This document shows, piece after piece, positions 55,101 through 63,950 of a stretch of DNA of 64,000 nt. Numbering within the stretch: position 1 is the stretch's first letter; each line of letters starts with the position of its first letter. The DNA comes from Amphiscolops sp. MND2022 (taxonomy: Eukaryota): assembly GCA_964187785.1 (NCBI GenBank), contig OZ076409.1:8682001-8746000 (forward strand). Direction: 5' to 3'. The notes under the pieces are model-generated. The model did no database searches and had not been told where the DNA came from. It saw only the letters and a program-made list of their open reading frames with translations. The translations under genes and the position numbers were made by a program.

Positions 55101-58100
55101 GGAATGGAATAAAATCCGATTTCAAAAAAAAATCAATCAAATCCGATTTTTTTAACTTTATGGTTGATTTTTTTTATTTTAATGATTTTTTTTATTTCTT
55201 TCTGGGAAAACAATATTGTTTAAAAAGATGAATTAAATTCGTTTCAAAGCTCTTCAAGCTTTGATTTACTCAAAACTTTGAAGCAGAATAAAAATTTGGC
55301 AGCTTTTTCGGTTCTTCGATCTTTCAAATTTCTCCCAAACATCGGGAGATTTTTGACTGGGAGTCATGCCTACCTGAAAAATATCAAAAAATCGATTTTC
55401 GGATTTTAATTTTTTAAAATCATCATTTCAATCAATGATATAAATCAACTATATAAATAAACCATTCCTGCTTACAAACAGTCTTCCAAAAAATCATCGG
55501 CACCCGGACCCCCATCTAACAACATGAAGAAGAGAAGTGTCTCTACCGCTGCTATCCCCAAACCTCAATCAGAGAAAGAGTCTCGAAACAGGACATCAAG
55601 TTTTGGTTCCGATGCGAGTGTGACTCCTACAAATCAGGAATCCCAGAGTGCCTCAAAAGGAAGTATTCCAACTACCCCAGAAGGCTTCGTTCCTGGAGCA
55701 GTGAAGGCTAGAAGAGCCATGTTCGAGACTCGTTCTAAACAGGAAAACAGTTTTGATGCTTTCAAACTCCGCAAAACTGCAAGTGGATCCAAAGAAGGCG
55801 TCTCTGGTGGAGGAATCTTTTGGGGCAAGAGCAAAATTGCCAAATCAGCATCTACCAGCGACCTTGTTATAATTGCTGATCAAGATGATGACGTTACTGT
55901 CAATCAATGTGAGTTTCCTAATACTTAATGGCCAAACTATAACTTTGCTTTTGACAACACATAAGTCGTTAAATATTTTAACCCTAAATGGACGACGGTA
56001 CGATTTCGTACCAGTTACTTTCTGCAATATTCTGAAGCCACCAGTTGACCGTATGGTAAGGAAAACTCTTGAATAGTATTTTCAGCCAATTTTACATAGC
56101 ATTACTCGCCTTTTCATCTAATATTGACTAAATGTCTCCAAAAATTAGGAAAACGGGACCAAAAAATCAAAAAAATAGAGCACAGATTTTCTGTTTTTCA
56201 AGTTTTCGTTTGTGAACATTTCGTTTTTCTGGTATCAAGATTGGGTCAAAGTTGCCCAACATGATTTAAAACATGCTGAAGTGCAGTCAAAGACACAAGG
56301 CGTGCAAAGTTTTGGCGCAAAGTCCGGAGCCAGTGCGGCGAATCCGCACGCCGGCGGAGGATTTCGCGCAAAAAAACTTTGCGCGCAAGGGGCCCGCGCT
56401 AGCGGTCCTCCAGCCCAGCAGTTCAAAAATCGATTTGAACGCCCTGATTGACTTCTTTCGAAGGCGTTGTAAATCGCTAGTCGGACTTGATTAGTTCAGG
56501 AGATATTGCGGTTTAAAGTTGAAGCACTGGATTTTTGGATGGATACGGAAATTTCTTTGTCCATTTAGGGTTAAGCATATTCGTTTTTTTACGATCAAGG
56601 GAATTTTCATTCCAAAGTAGTATTCGATATAGTAAAATTCTTTATCAATTTCAGGCAGCGCATTACGAAATAAACCAGGAACGGCCCAAGTTGGCACTCT
56701 CGATGTTCAAAAAGAGCAAAGTGTTACGAGTATGTGAAGCGACAATTAATGTCAAAATTTTATCAATATTACAGTTGCCAAAAATAGTCGAAGTGGTAGT
56801 CTTGAGACTCGAAAACCGCTTTTGTAATAGGAACCTAAATTTTTGAATGATTTCTAATTGAATTGCTATTTTTATTCACTTAATGCTGCTACACAACTTT
56901 TCATTGAAGCTTTGATGGTTTCAGTAACGAAGATCAATAGACTTTTTAGTCGGTGCATTTTATAAGCAAATGGGCCCGACTATTACATTTACTAGTTTCT
57001 TTTCGTAAGACCACATAAATCTATGTGAATAGTCCACTTTTCAACAAAGTTGGTTCACGCCGCAAGTAGTTAGGATGTTAGGATGAGAGCGTCCCAAGGA
57101 GACGGCCGTCGGTTCGATGCCTGCCGAGAATTAAATATCTTTGTTTGCATACCTTGAAGCGTCAAAAGGTTTTTAGGAACTGTGTCATTTTCAAAAGTTT
57201 CAAATTGACGTTTTTCAAGTCGAAAGGGTCCCATCTTTGCGCTTTCCGGCACTGTGTGACTTTTTTCGAAAAGTCTCCGTGTTAAAAGTTTTTCGAAAAC
57301 TTTATTTCTCAAACTTCATGAAAACAGAATTTTAACATATTTGAAAGACTGTGCGTTTTGAGCTTTAGGCGGGGCGGCGACTTTAGACGATCCCGTTTTG
57401 TTTATTGATGAAACAGTCCATCTGTGATAACTTAGAAAATCTCATTGTTTAGAAATTATATTAAAAGCAAACAAACCGGGAACGGTCCAAGTCGCTTACG
57501 CTTAAGAAAACGAAGTTTTCAAAATATGCAAAGGGACACTATTGTGAAACGTTTATCAAATTTACAGTGCCGAAAAATACCTGATAGGATACGCGTAAGA
57601 CTCGAAAATTGCTTTTCCCCAATTTGAAACGTCAAAAAACTTTTTCTATTTAAAAAAATTGAACTTTCCAAAAAAGTTTTTTCAGGCAAAAGTTTCATAG
57701 TGCTGAACAAGGTGCTTTAATCTCGCTAAACGTTTTTTTTCAGGCCAGAAACATTAAAGTAAAGTGATACCCTTTGATCAAATAAAAATTGTATCGAAAA
57801 AGGCAGTGTCGGAAAAACCGTAGGTCTTTCCATATCAGTTCTACAGGATCAAAAAAATTGCCAGGACTAAAAAAGTCTCACCAAGCCGAAAAAAACGGCA
57901 AAACCTTCTGAATTGTCTAGTAACGACAAATACTTTACCAACTATGGAAACCAAAGGTGGTACCCGTTGGAAGAACCAGAGATTGCTTGCTAGTAAAGTA
58001 GGAAGGCCCAGAGAAATTCTGTGAAAAGTGGACCTTTCAGTTTGAGTGCTAACGTCTGGAGAAACAAGACGGGAACGTCTAAAGTCGGCGCTATATCTAA

Positions 58101-61100
58101 GGCTCAAAAAGCTCAAACGACTTTCAGAAAATGTCGCATAGTGCCGAAAAAAATTCGAAAGGGGGACCCTTTAGTCTTGTCCGGTTTTGTAGGTTACGTT
58201 AAAAAAAGTAAACAATGAAAGGGGGACCCTTTTGCACTAATTTCCACTGACCGGACTTGGCCTTATGGTAGTTTTAATAGTTTTGATTGTAAGAAAAGTG
58301 GACCAATCAGAGTGAGATTGTAGTCTGATTAAAAAAAAGAAAAAAAACTAGCCACTGTAATAGTCGGGCTCTTTTCTCTAGAAAAGTGCCGACTTAAAAG
58401 AGCCACCGTAAGAGTCCAGCATTTTTTGTTTTTTGGTCTTACAAAACCCACCGACTAAAAACCATATAGACCTTTAGTAGTCTATAGAAAGCAATGTTTT
58501 ATAAAATACTATAGGTAGTTTACTTAAAAATCATTATTTCCATATTACGAAGTGAACAAGCCGAGAACGGCCAAAGTCGGCGCTATATCTAAGGCTCGAA
58601 ATTGTAAAAGGGGGGACTCTTTGGGTTTTGTGAAACTCCAGCTGGTGGCAAAATATGAAAAAAAATGAATTGAACAGTGTCACAGTGTCGAAAAATGTAA
58701 AAGGGGGGACCCTTTGGACTTTGTGAAACTCCAACTGGTTGCAAAATATGAAAAAAAATTGAAGGGGGGACCCTTTAAGGACTTAAAAATACTGCCCAAA
58801 AAAAATTTAAAATGTGATTTTTGAACAGTGTCACAGTGCCGAAAAATGTAAAAGGGGGACCCTTTGGAATTTTCTGACATCCATTGTGTTTTGAAATATC
58901 GAAACAAATAAAGGGGGGACCCTTTGGTGCAATCCAAAAAGTTTCAAAAAAGTCGCATAGTGCCGAAAAAAAGTGAGGGGGGGGAGGCTTAGGGGAGATC
59001 CTTAGTGTGTTGTCGAGGTTCTGTTTGTTTTGTTTTCTTTTTCGTTTTGGACGCGCTTCTTGGGTTCGCCAAGTTGTTGAAGAAATGAACTGAACAAAAA
59101 GAAAAGAAACAGCAGAAAGAAAAGTGGAACTTTCGTGTCTAAAAAAACTACCCACTGTAAGAGTCGGGCACATTTTCTACTAAAATGCGCCGACTAAAAA
59201 CGACAAAATTTAAAACAAATACAATCAATGCTAAAATACAGGTTACTATCTAAAGCGGCATTCACCTTCAACATGTTTTAATAGCATTGAGGTCTGTTAT
59301 AATCAGAAATTGATTCTTCAATTAAATGTTTTTAATTTAAATCTAACAATCATACTTTCCCTCAGCATTTATTTCTTGTGGTAAAGAATTCCACGTAGGT
59401 ACTATTCTTTTCTAAAAGCAATTTCGTATGAAACTTGTGTTAGCATTACTGTTGTACACTAGCTTTTTTGTTCTCTGTTGGCATTTAATGTTGGAAAGAA
59501 TTGACGATGTTTCATTGAAAATTGACAGCATGCCTGTTTTCTTTTTAGTCGGCGCTTCATGAAGTGAAACGCGACTATTATAGTGGCTTTTCTTTTTTTT
59601 TTCAATCCACACGAACTGACCAAAGTAGTTCTTAAAAGTTCTACAAAATATTATTGCACCAAATTGCACTATTTGGTCTAGCAAACTGAACCAAAAAAGT
59701 TTTTCCTGTTTTCCCGTATAACATACCATACCCGGCGAGACCAACGGGTCCCCCTTCCAATTTTTTTTCGGCACTGCGAGACTTTTTTTCCTCAAAGGGT
59801 TCCTCCTTCAACTGCGACAAAAATGTTGACAATTTCGGAAGTGTCCCCCTTTTAGCACTCCTTTTTTTCTAAAAGAGAATACTTGACACTTGGAAGTCTT
59901 TTTGCTATTTTTGAGCCTTGGATATGGCGCCGACTTGGGCCGGTCCCGGCTTGTTTAATAGTATAATTCGAGGGAAAAATGGAAAACCTTCTTTTTGTGC
60001 CAACAAATGACAATTAATTCCTTCATTTGTGAATTGTCACGAAAACAAATTACCTGTTCTGTGCAAAACATTTTCCCTTTAGTTTGGAAAGTAGGGTTCT
60101 TACATTTAATGGTGCTGCAGATGTTCATCGATTCGGCTGTTGGGCTTTGGGCGAGCGATTCAGTTTTATGTGGTTCTACAAATTTCTACCTTCAAAAGTT
60201 ATGGAACCTATATAGGATTTCTAAAACCTTAGCAGAACTTTCAAACTTTGAAAACCATTTTTGTTAAATACCGCAGTTTTTAAAAGGTTTTGTAATGTTT
60301 TAGCGAAAGGTGGTACGGGCAACACTTACACTCGTCCTTTGAAAGGCAAAGAGGGCTCCAGTTCGCAATCAAATGTACCGAAGAAGCCCGAGAGACTGTC
60401 GTTGCTTAAAGGGTCCAACATTAATTTGCGGCAGACAGAAAACAGTTGTTCCAATTCGGAGTCAGAGCTCGCACACTCGCGTGATCAACTCCTCGTTTCC
60501 AAAATGCGAACAGTGAGTTCTGTTCTCTTTTCTCATCAACAGATTCAAACGGCTATCCTGTTTGCTTGAAACCAAGGTTCGTTTTTCAGGCTATTTAGCC
60601 TAGCCACTCAAAAGTATTGTGCTTAAACTGTGTTGAACTCATTTCAATTCCAAAAAAATTACAAACTCATTTCACTGACACGCCCTCCTTGTAATAAGGG
60701 AACAAAATTTTCTCTCTCTACACCAAATCGCGGTTTCGGTATGCGCGGTCCTGTTTTTGAAATCAAGAACAAATATAAAAAGAGAAAAATGAAGATTTAA
60801 AAAAATCAAAATCAAAAAGTCCCGGGAAGTTATGAGAATTTAGTGGAAAAATTAACGGAAGCTACAGTCGTTGGGCTGAATAGTTGTCCGTTTCGAAAAA
60901 AAATCAGATAGCTTCTAGTGGATTTGTTCACTCTTTTCACTGATTTTCGGCGGAAGTCGTGAAAGAAAATTGACCAAATTTGAAATATCTCTTCATGGTG
61001 TGAAAACCATTTATTTCTTTTTCATCTTGTCCACTTTCCAACAGAAACTCATTTCGGAAAAAAATTGGGTTGAAGTCATTGCAAAGAATGTTTGTGTCAA

Positions 61101-61583
61101 ATTCGAAACAGTTATCAACAGAAAATAGGGAAAATGCTCAAGTGCAAATTTAATTCCTTTGTGTTTGCTCCAAAACTGTACATTGACAGCTTTCTAAACC
61201 GAGCGTGTTTTTGAAATGTTAGACGTGTTTTGAAAAAGATTTGGATATACTCAACTTCTTAATTTTAATGGACGGGTTTTACGCGCGTATCTGTTAAGCA
61301 ATTTGTGGGATTCGTTCCCCACGACGGGCTATGGAATTACGACCGGTCTTGATTTCAAATGAACTGAAATCTAGCAAAAGGTTGGATAATGAAATCAAGT
61401 TTAGGTCATAATGATTCTATTAGATGTGCATTTGTTTATTTTCAGGTTTTCGGGAAGGACACATTTGGCGGCAACAATGACTCAAAATCGAGCCGGAATT
61501 CTCTGAACAAAAGCCACACAGCGCAAGATTTGAACGACAGTGGTTGCAAATCGCCGGAGCCTCGCATGAATCATTTGCTATGA
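1132..61583 (+). CDS. Multi-exon gene, Cordon-bleu (COBL/COBLL1)-like protein, about 1546 aa. Exons: 1132-1193, 5926-6192, 9290-9515, 12456-12561, 14789-15070, 23795-23997, 24602-24916, 38776-39035, 43254-43418, 45033-45239, 47210-47360, 48156-48285, 50589-50882, 53038-53306, 54172-55101 (or 55080), 55482-55908, 60304-60512, 61446-61583
   Basis: Mostly GC-rich islands bounded by AG and GT. Intron phases match at all 17 junctions (2,2,0,1,1,0,0,2,2,2,0,1,1,0,0,1,0) and the total, 4641 nt, is divisible by 3. Ubiquitin-like fold 1 spans exons 2-3 (FTIALPNGQLISRAFPSNTSVYEVVSRL). Fold 2 is in exon 5 (VIRISPVLTCKDLLNIVC, recalling COBL VVRVSP..LQNILPVIC). KEKKKKLSFFNLMKNKK recalls COBL KEKKRFLGFFK, and RRKAPPPP recalls the COBL KRAP motif. 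Family call is from memory, not a search. Confidence 0.7.
1195..1593 (-). mobile_element. tRNA-derived SINE(s), probably two in tandem, with CORE-like domain; diverged relative at ~62825-62975 (+)
   Basis: Minus strand has A box TGGTGTAGTGG, B box GGTTCGAATC, CORE-like CCCTAAGCAAGTC and CCTTGAGCAAGTCAC, and an A-rich tail near 1400. Confidence 0.55.
2045..4316 (+). mobile_element. 5'-truncated CR1/L2-type LINE (RT ORF 2155-4119) with (TTC)n tail
   Basis: RT motifs NYRPIS, QFGFR, FLDLSKAFD, QGTVLGP, YADD, KYLG. Upstream in-frame LEKHAPLK and PWFDDECKK, with a stop at ~2095. No endonuclease domain. (TTC)8 at 4291-4315. Confidence 0.9.
4975..5416. mobile_element. hAT-type MITE
   Basis: TIR CAG(T/A)GTTGGAACC (12/13); perfect 8-bp TSD AATAGGAC at 4967-4974 and 5417-5424. 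Confidence 0.9.
5926..6192 (+). CDS. Exon 2; Gly-rich segment then start of ubiquitin-like domain 1
   Basis: ctttctttcag acceptor, AA|gttaga donor, GC-rich, in the frame of ORF 5912..6217. Confidence 0.85.
6802..7211. repeat. ~145-bp inverted repeat (6802-6947 and 7067-7211), followed by a further direct copy at 7212-7375
   Basis: Arms are reverse complements with few mismatches. Confidence 0.85.
7996..8346. mobile_element. hAT-type MITE of the CAG(A/G)GTTTTGACA family (others ~8899-9270, 11733-12040, 15854-16171, 45252-45593; fragments at 41488 and 42780-43045)
   Basis: Degenerate TIRs; 8-bp TSD ATTTCTAT/ATTTCAAT; the copy at 45252-45593 has TSD GTCCAAAT/GTTCAAAT. Confidence 0.8.
9290..9515 (+). 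CDS. Exon 3; rest of ubiquitin-like domain 1
   Basis: ttgtttcag acceptor, AAG|gttaat donor; joins exon 2 to make AAC (Asn). Confidence 0.85.
11302..11466. mobile_element. Tc1/mariner(pogo)-type MITE
   Basis: TA-CCGTATTT(T/C)TTCGAATA...TATTCGAAGAAATACGG-TA. Confidence 0.75.
12456..12561 (+). CDS. Exon 4 (EMNNNYIQSKSMGKRSKSSNRPAPTQPAPIPGSTS)
   Basis: tttttgttgcag acceptor, G|gtaaga donor, phase 0 to 1. Confidence 0.8.
14789..15070 (+). CDS. Exon 5; ubiquitin-like (Cobl-type) domain 2
   Basis: attcag acceptor, A|gtatgt donor; IKVEVIIPELSNKMVIRISPVLTCKDLLNIVCHAKKLD. Confidence 0.85.
15623..15790. mobile_element. Tigger/pogo-type MITE
   Basis: TA TSD; TIR CAGTC(A/G)AACTCGGATAA(A/G)AGAAAC. Confidence 0.85.
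16403..16868 (+). mobile_element. HINE-like family C, representative copy (others ~10400-10547, 12620-12796, 38469-38752, 44100-44362, 53574-53960)
   Basis: 5' AGGA(G/C)TCGGAAA, 3' TTTCCGACTCCT, followed in the best copies by a CCGCA-ca-TGCGG hairpin and CTGGTT. Confidence 0.65.
19294..19370 (+). mobile_element. tRNA-like SINE head or tRNA pseudogene (related copy at 53425-53497)
   Basis: A box TGGCCCAGTTAG, B box GGTTCGAACCC; acceptor stem does not pair; repeated in the window. Confidence 0.55.
19459..23699. mobile_element. hAT-type MITE with a nested full-length LINE
   Basis: TIR CAGGGCCTCC(A/G)TAAAAAT (17/18); perfect 8-bp TSD CTGAAATT at 19451-19458 and 23700-23707. Confidence 0.9.
19692..23470 (-). 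mobile_element. Near full-length CR1-clade LINE: ORF1 with PHD finger (22633-23415) and APE-RT ORF2 (22632-19791) broken by a frameshift near 21855 and a nonsense codon at 21192-21194; (TAG)n tail
   Basis: PHD CxxC..CxxC..HxxC..CxxC; APE motifs TETW, GDLN, LDIIL, SDHYPV; RT motifs YFDFRKAFD, PQGSVVGP, FADD, DLG; (CTA)n at 19692-19708. Confidence 0.92.
23795..23997 (+). CDS. Exon 6; basic KEKKKKLSFF motif
   Basis: gtttcag acceptor, AAG|gtaata donor, phase 1 to 0. Confidence 0.85.
24602..24916 (+). CDS. Exon 7; Ser-rich low complexity
   Basis: tttctgcag acceptor, CAG|gttcaa donor (weak), phase 0 to 0. Confidence 0.75.
26146..35520. repeat. Intronic satellite array, ~104-bp monomer, roughly 90 copies
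   Basis: Monomer ACTTCCATAGGGGATAAGTTCTGTCGGTTTGAAAAATTGTTGATTATGTCCAGCATTTT...CTCAAAATGGCTTACTTTAGTGT; first period 26146 to 26250. Confidence 0.97.
38776..39035 (+). CDS. Exon 8; Gly/Ser-rich
   Basis: tttctttcag acceptor, AG|gtaaac donor. Confidence 0.85.
39400..40260 (-). pseudogene. Decayed Tc1/IS630-like DDE transposase
   Basis: HTH-like ARVLGVQRTTAYSIIRR..RGG; NIHTRRTFGW..KGER downstream of the expected first Asp; IFDYAPGH resembles the DNAxxH motif; multiple stops and frameshifts. Confidence 0.7.
42093..42644. mobile_element. MITE with ~33-bp perfect TIRs
   Basis: CTATAGATCGTTTCAAAAAGTTCGCGAGACTAG at 42092 and its reverse complement ending 42645; TA-rich ends. Confidence 0.85.
43254..43418 (+). 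CDS. Exon 9; Ser/Thr-rich
   Basis: ttccag acceptor, AG|gtgaca donor, phase 2 to 2. Confidence 0.75.
45033..45239 (+). CDS. Exon 10; contains RRKAPPPPPKK (KRAP-like SH3-ligand motif)
   Basis: ttgttgtag acceptor, AA|gtgagt donor. Confidence 0.85.
47210..47360 (+). CDS. Exon 11; Pro-rich (PPAIPKR, RPKPKPLPR)
   Basis: tcaaag acceptor, CAG|gtcagt donor, phase 2 to 0. Confidence 0.75.
48156..48285 (+). CDS. Exon 12
   Basis: cttttgcag acceptor, G|gtacta donor. Confidence 0.8.
48600..48720. repeat. Degenerate ~27-bp minisatellite, about 4 copies
   Basis: TTTTATGTTGAATGGAACTAATTTCAT-like units. Confidence 0.6.
50589..50882 (+). CDS. Exon 13; LELPPPPPP and Cys-rich segment
   Basis: catttcag acceptor, G|gtgagt donor. 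Confidence 0.85.
51287..51789. mobile_element. TA-flanked MITE with internal CCATGATCTTG repeats (partial copy ~45800-46099)
   Basis: TA-CCCAGTGTTCGAAGCCATGG...CCATGGCTTCGAACACTGGG-TA. Confidence 0.85.
52444..52920 (+). mobile_element. HINE-like family B, representative copy (others 36498-36969, and 25542..36212 split)
   Basis: 5' TTATTTCTGC with adjacent inverted GCAGGAATA; 3' GCAGAAATAAT followed by a GCCCC..GGGGC hairpin and T-run; shared ~400-bp core in three copies. Confidence 0.65.
53038..53306 (+). CDS. Exon 14
   Basis: tttttttcag acceptor, CTG|gttagt donor. Confidence 0.85.
54172..55101 (+). CDS. Exon 15 (5' part of an ancestral ~1.36-kb exon split by a MITE); short amphipathic helix and acidic tract
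   Basis: cttctgttcag acceptor, frame of ORF 54253..55155; 3' boundary uncertain (55101 with a GA donor, or 55080 with a GT donor). Confidence 0.75.
55099..55470. mobile_element. hAT-type MITE inserted within coding sequence
   Basis: TIR CAGGAATGG...CCATTCCTG; 8-bp TSD CTTACAAA at 55091-55098 and 55471-55478. Confidence 0.88.
55482..55908 (+). CDS. Exon 16 (3' part of the split exon)
   Basis: Continues exon 15 in frame once the MITE and one TSD are removed (SYKQ-SSKKSSAPGPP); T|gtgagt donor. Confidence 0.8.
59240..59530 (-). mobile_element. Short 3' remnant of a CR1-type LINE
   Basis: Minus strand reads FIRNCF*KRIVPTWNSLPQEI, a typical C-terminal WNSLP motif. Confidence 0.5.
60304..60512 (+). 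CDS. Exon 17; weak WH2-like motifs (ERLSLLKGSNINLRQT; SRDQLLVSKMR)
   Basis: gtttttag acceptor, ACA|gtgagt donor, phase 1 to 0. Confidence 0.8.
61446..61583 (+). CDS. Exon 18; last coding exon, ends at TGA
   Basis: tattttcag acceptor, phase 0, frame of ORF 61389..61583. Confidence 0.75.
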   Translation, partial: VFGKDTFGGNNDSKSSRNSLNKSHTAQDLNDSGCKSPEPRMNHLL

Positions 61584-63764
61584 TAATTTTTCCGGAAAGA
61601 AAACGTTTCTCTATCGCTCTAACCACACAAAACTAATAATGACTTCAATTTCAATCTTTAATAATTTCCTAATCATTGCTCAATTCTCTACTATCTATTT
61701 GTATTGCATTCATTCAGTTTAGTTTTATTGTTTCTTCAGATGAAATTCAAAGTGCCTGTTCCGTTTTTTCAGGAGTAGAAGCAGCATCAAAATTGGAGTT
61801 TTGTTTTGTTTGCTTCCCTTCTCAAAATTTTTTAATGAAAAGAACTTTTATGAACATTCAATGTGATACTTTTTAAACAATGAGATTCTCTAAATTATCG
61901 TGGATCAACTGTTTCATCTGTCAAAAAAAGTTGGTTATTTTGTTCCAGACAGTAAGTTTGATCCCCATTGTTGACAAGCTGAGAAAAAGGTGACCATCAG
62001 TCGCCCGTTACTTTTCGTTTTTTAAAAAGGAAACTTTTTTGTTCTTTTTCTAACACTTATTTCCATTCGTTTGTTCACCATTGATGGCCAGTAACTTACA
62101 AGTAAAAACATGAGTTTTTCAATCCAGCAAAAGTGGCACGATACCAACTCCCTCTTGGGCAAAAAAATAAGTCCACCTTAATTTAAAAGTATTCGTTTAT
62201 TCACAACTTTGTCACCTCTTTATTGTAACAATTTAAGTGGCCATGTTTTAACCTCCGATGTTCTGCGCTTCGAGACCAAACAAGCAGTTCAGTCAAAACG
62301 TTGAGAATTTGTAGGTGCTTCTCTTCATTCATGACAAATTCTTTTAGTAATGCTCGTCAGTTGAGCAAACTTGGTCTGTAGTAGAGTTTCCCTAGAGTTT
62401 CCCAAACGGTATTCGAGATTTTGAGTTTGTGATGTTGAATATTTGGTGCTTTTGATTCATCTCGGCTGGCGGCCCAAATGACTACCCAAAAATATGAAAA
62501 CTGAGAAACATAGAGCATGAAAAGAAGACAGAAGATACTACAGAATTAGCAACTCAGAATCCCAATTTTTCTTTTGTAAGATGTTAAACTATAGTATAAC
62601 TTTTATAAAGTTCTTTATCTTCATCTTGAAACGGAGACCGGAAATGATTCGAATATTCTTGTCATCCACAGACAATCTTAGTCTGTGCATATAAGCAACC
62701 GGAAGTTGGCTCGGAGATCTCGGCTCTGGTATAGGTTTCATGGTTCACAGCCCAATTTTTTGTCTTTCAAAACTGAGCTCAGCTAACGTCAGCTTCTTAT
62801 CAACCGTTCATGGCAAAATGATCCGGATATATTGAGAAAGTCACTTTGAAACCACAGCGGTTGAAGATGACAATTGATGGACCATTCTGCTGTGAATATG
62901 GTATCATGACTTGCCGCTGCGAGATCGTATCGGAAAGGGTACCGACTTGAAAAATCAAACCTGTTTATTCGAGGCCTTAGTTGAGAGTGCTGGAACTTTT
63001 TACATGCTGCAGGCTTATATAAATTGTAATTTTCATAAAAAAGAAAATTCAATAAGCTTGCGGTGGTAAGTAAATCTTGCCGAATTACGCAGCATTTTCC
63101 ACTATTGAAATTGGAAAACCACGTTCTTTTTTTCAGTTTTTGATTTCTAAACTATTAATCGTGTAATCACTGGTTCTCAAAGAACACGCTGAAGATTGAA
63201 CACATTTGCTGTTTACATTGTGAATGAAGACCATTCGCATTAAAATGGCCGTAAATCAACATCTTAGTTGCATTTGAAAATGGAACTGCTTCTTATTGAA
63301 ATCTGTAAAATTTCAAACTTTGAGTTGCCACCAAATTAAGAATGTGCCTCTCAAGCAGCTTGATAGAATTCGAATACAACAAAATTTCACATGAAAACTT
63401 TCGCCAGTGTTTTAGAAAATTGTAATAAAAATTGATGGCAGCTTTGAAGAACATGCGAAAAAGTCAAGCAATTTCAACATGAGCGTCTGCCCAACGAAAT
63501 TAAGGAAACAAATTTTCTTCAGTTGTAACGTATTCGCGACGTGAAGCAATATCGTATTCATCGTATCGTACAGTGGTGTATCAGAAAAATGCGATTTAAG
63601 TGCGTGAAATGCAGGGTTGTCATGTTTTAAAACATGTTTTAAAACACGAGCATAAAAAACTGTTTTGAAACATGAGTATAAAACATGTTTTAAAACATTC
63701 AGACCCCTATTAGTATTGGTTGACTCGTATTCCAGCTAAAGATATCGAAGTTAATTGCACGCGA

Positions 63765-63950
63765 TCAGCCGTTCGTGGAAAACTTGTTCAAGGAAGCATA
63801 CAAAGAGCTTAAACCCGACACTTGGTGGAAATCCGGTGTCAAGATGGGATTCAATCCTGCCTTTGCGGAAGCAGCTGGAGCACTGGTTGCATCTGTGGCC
63901 TCCTCAGCTGGCTTGGAGAGATTGAATTCGAAGAATATTTTGCTGTAATT
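63765..63950 (-). CDS. Probable last coding exon of a convergent gene (NYSKIFFEFNLSKPAEEATDATSAPAASAKAGLNPILTPDFHQVSGLSSLYASLNKFSTNG*); product unknown
   Basis: Minus-strand gaaaacag acceptor, 62-codon open frame ending TGA, GC above background. Confidence 0.5.
   Translation of the reverse strand, partial: NYSKIFFEFNLSKPAEEATDATSAPAASAKAGLNPILTPDFHQVSGLSSLYASLNKFSTNG

Noticed and set aside
54253..55155. Stand-alone 300-aa gene
   Set aside because: It is an internal exon; its last ~17 codons and stop come from the inserted MITE.
56212..56494. GC-rich patch as an extra exon
   Set aside because: I found no convincing phase-1 acceptor/donor pair, and exons 16 and 17 already join in frame; probably repeat-derived.
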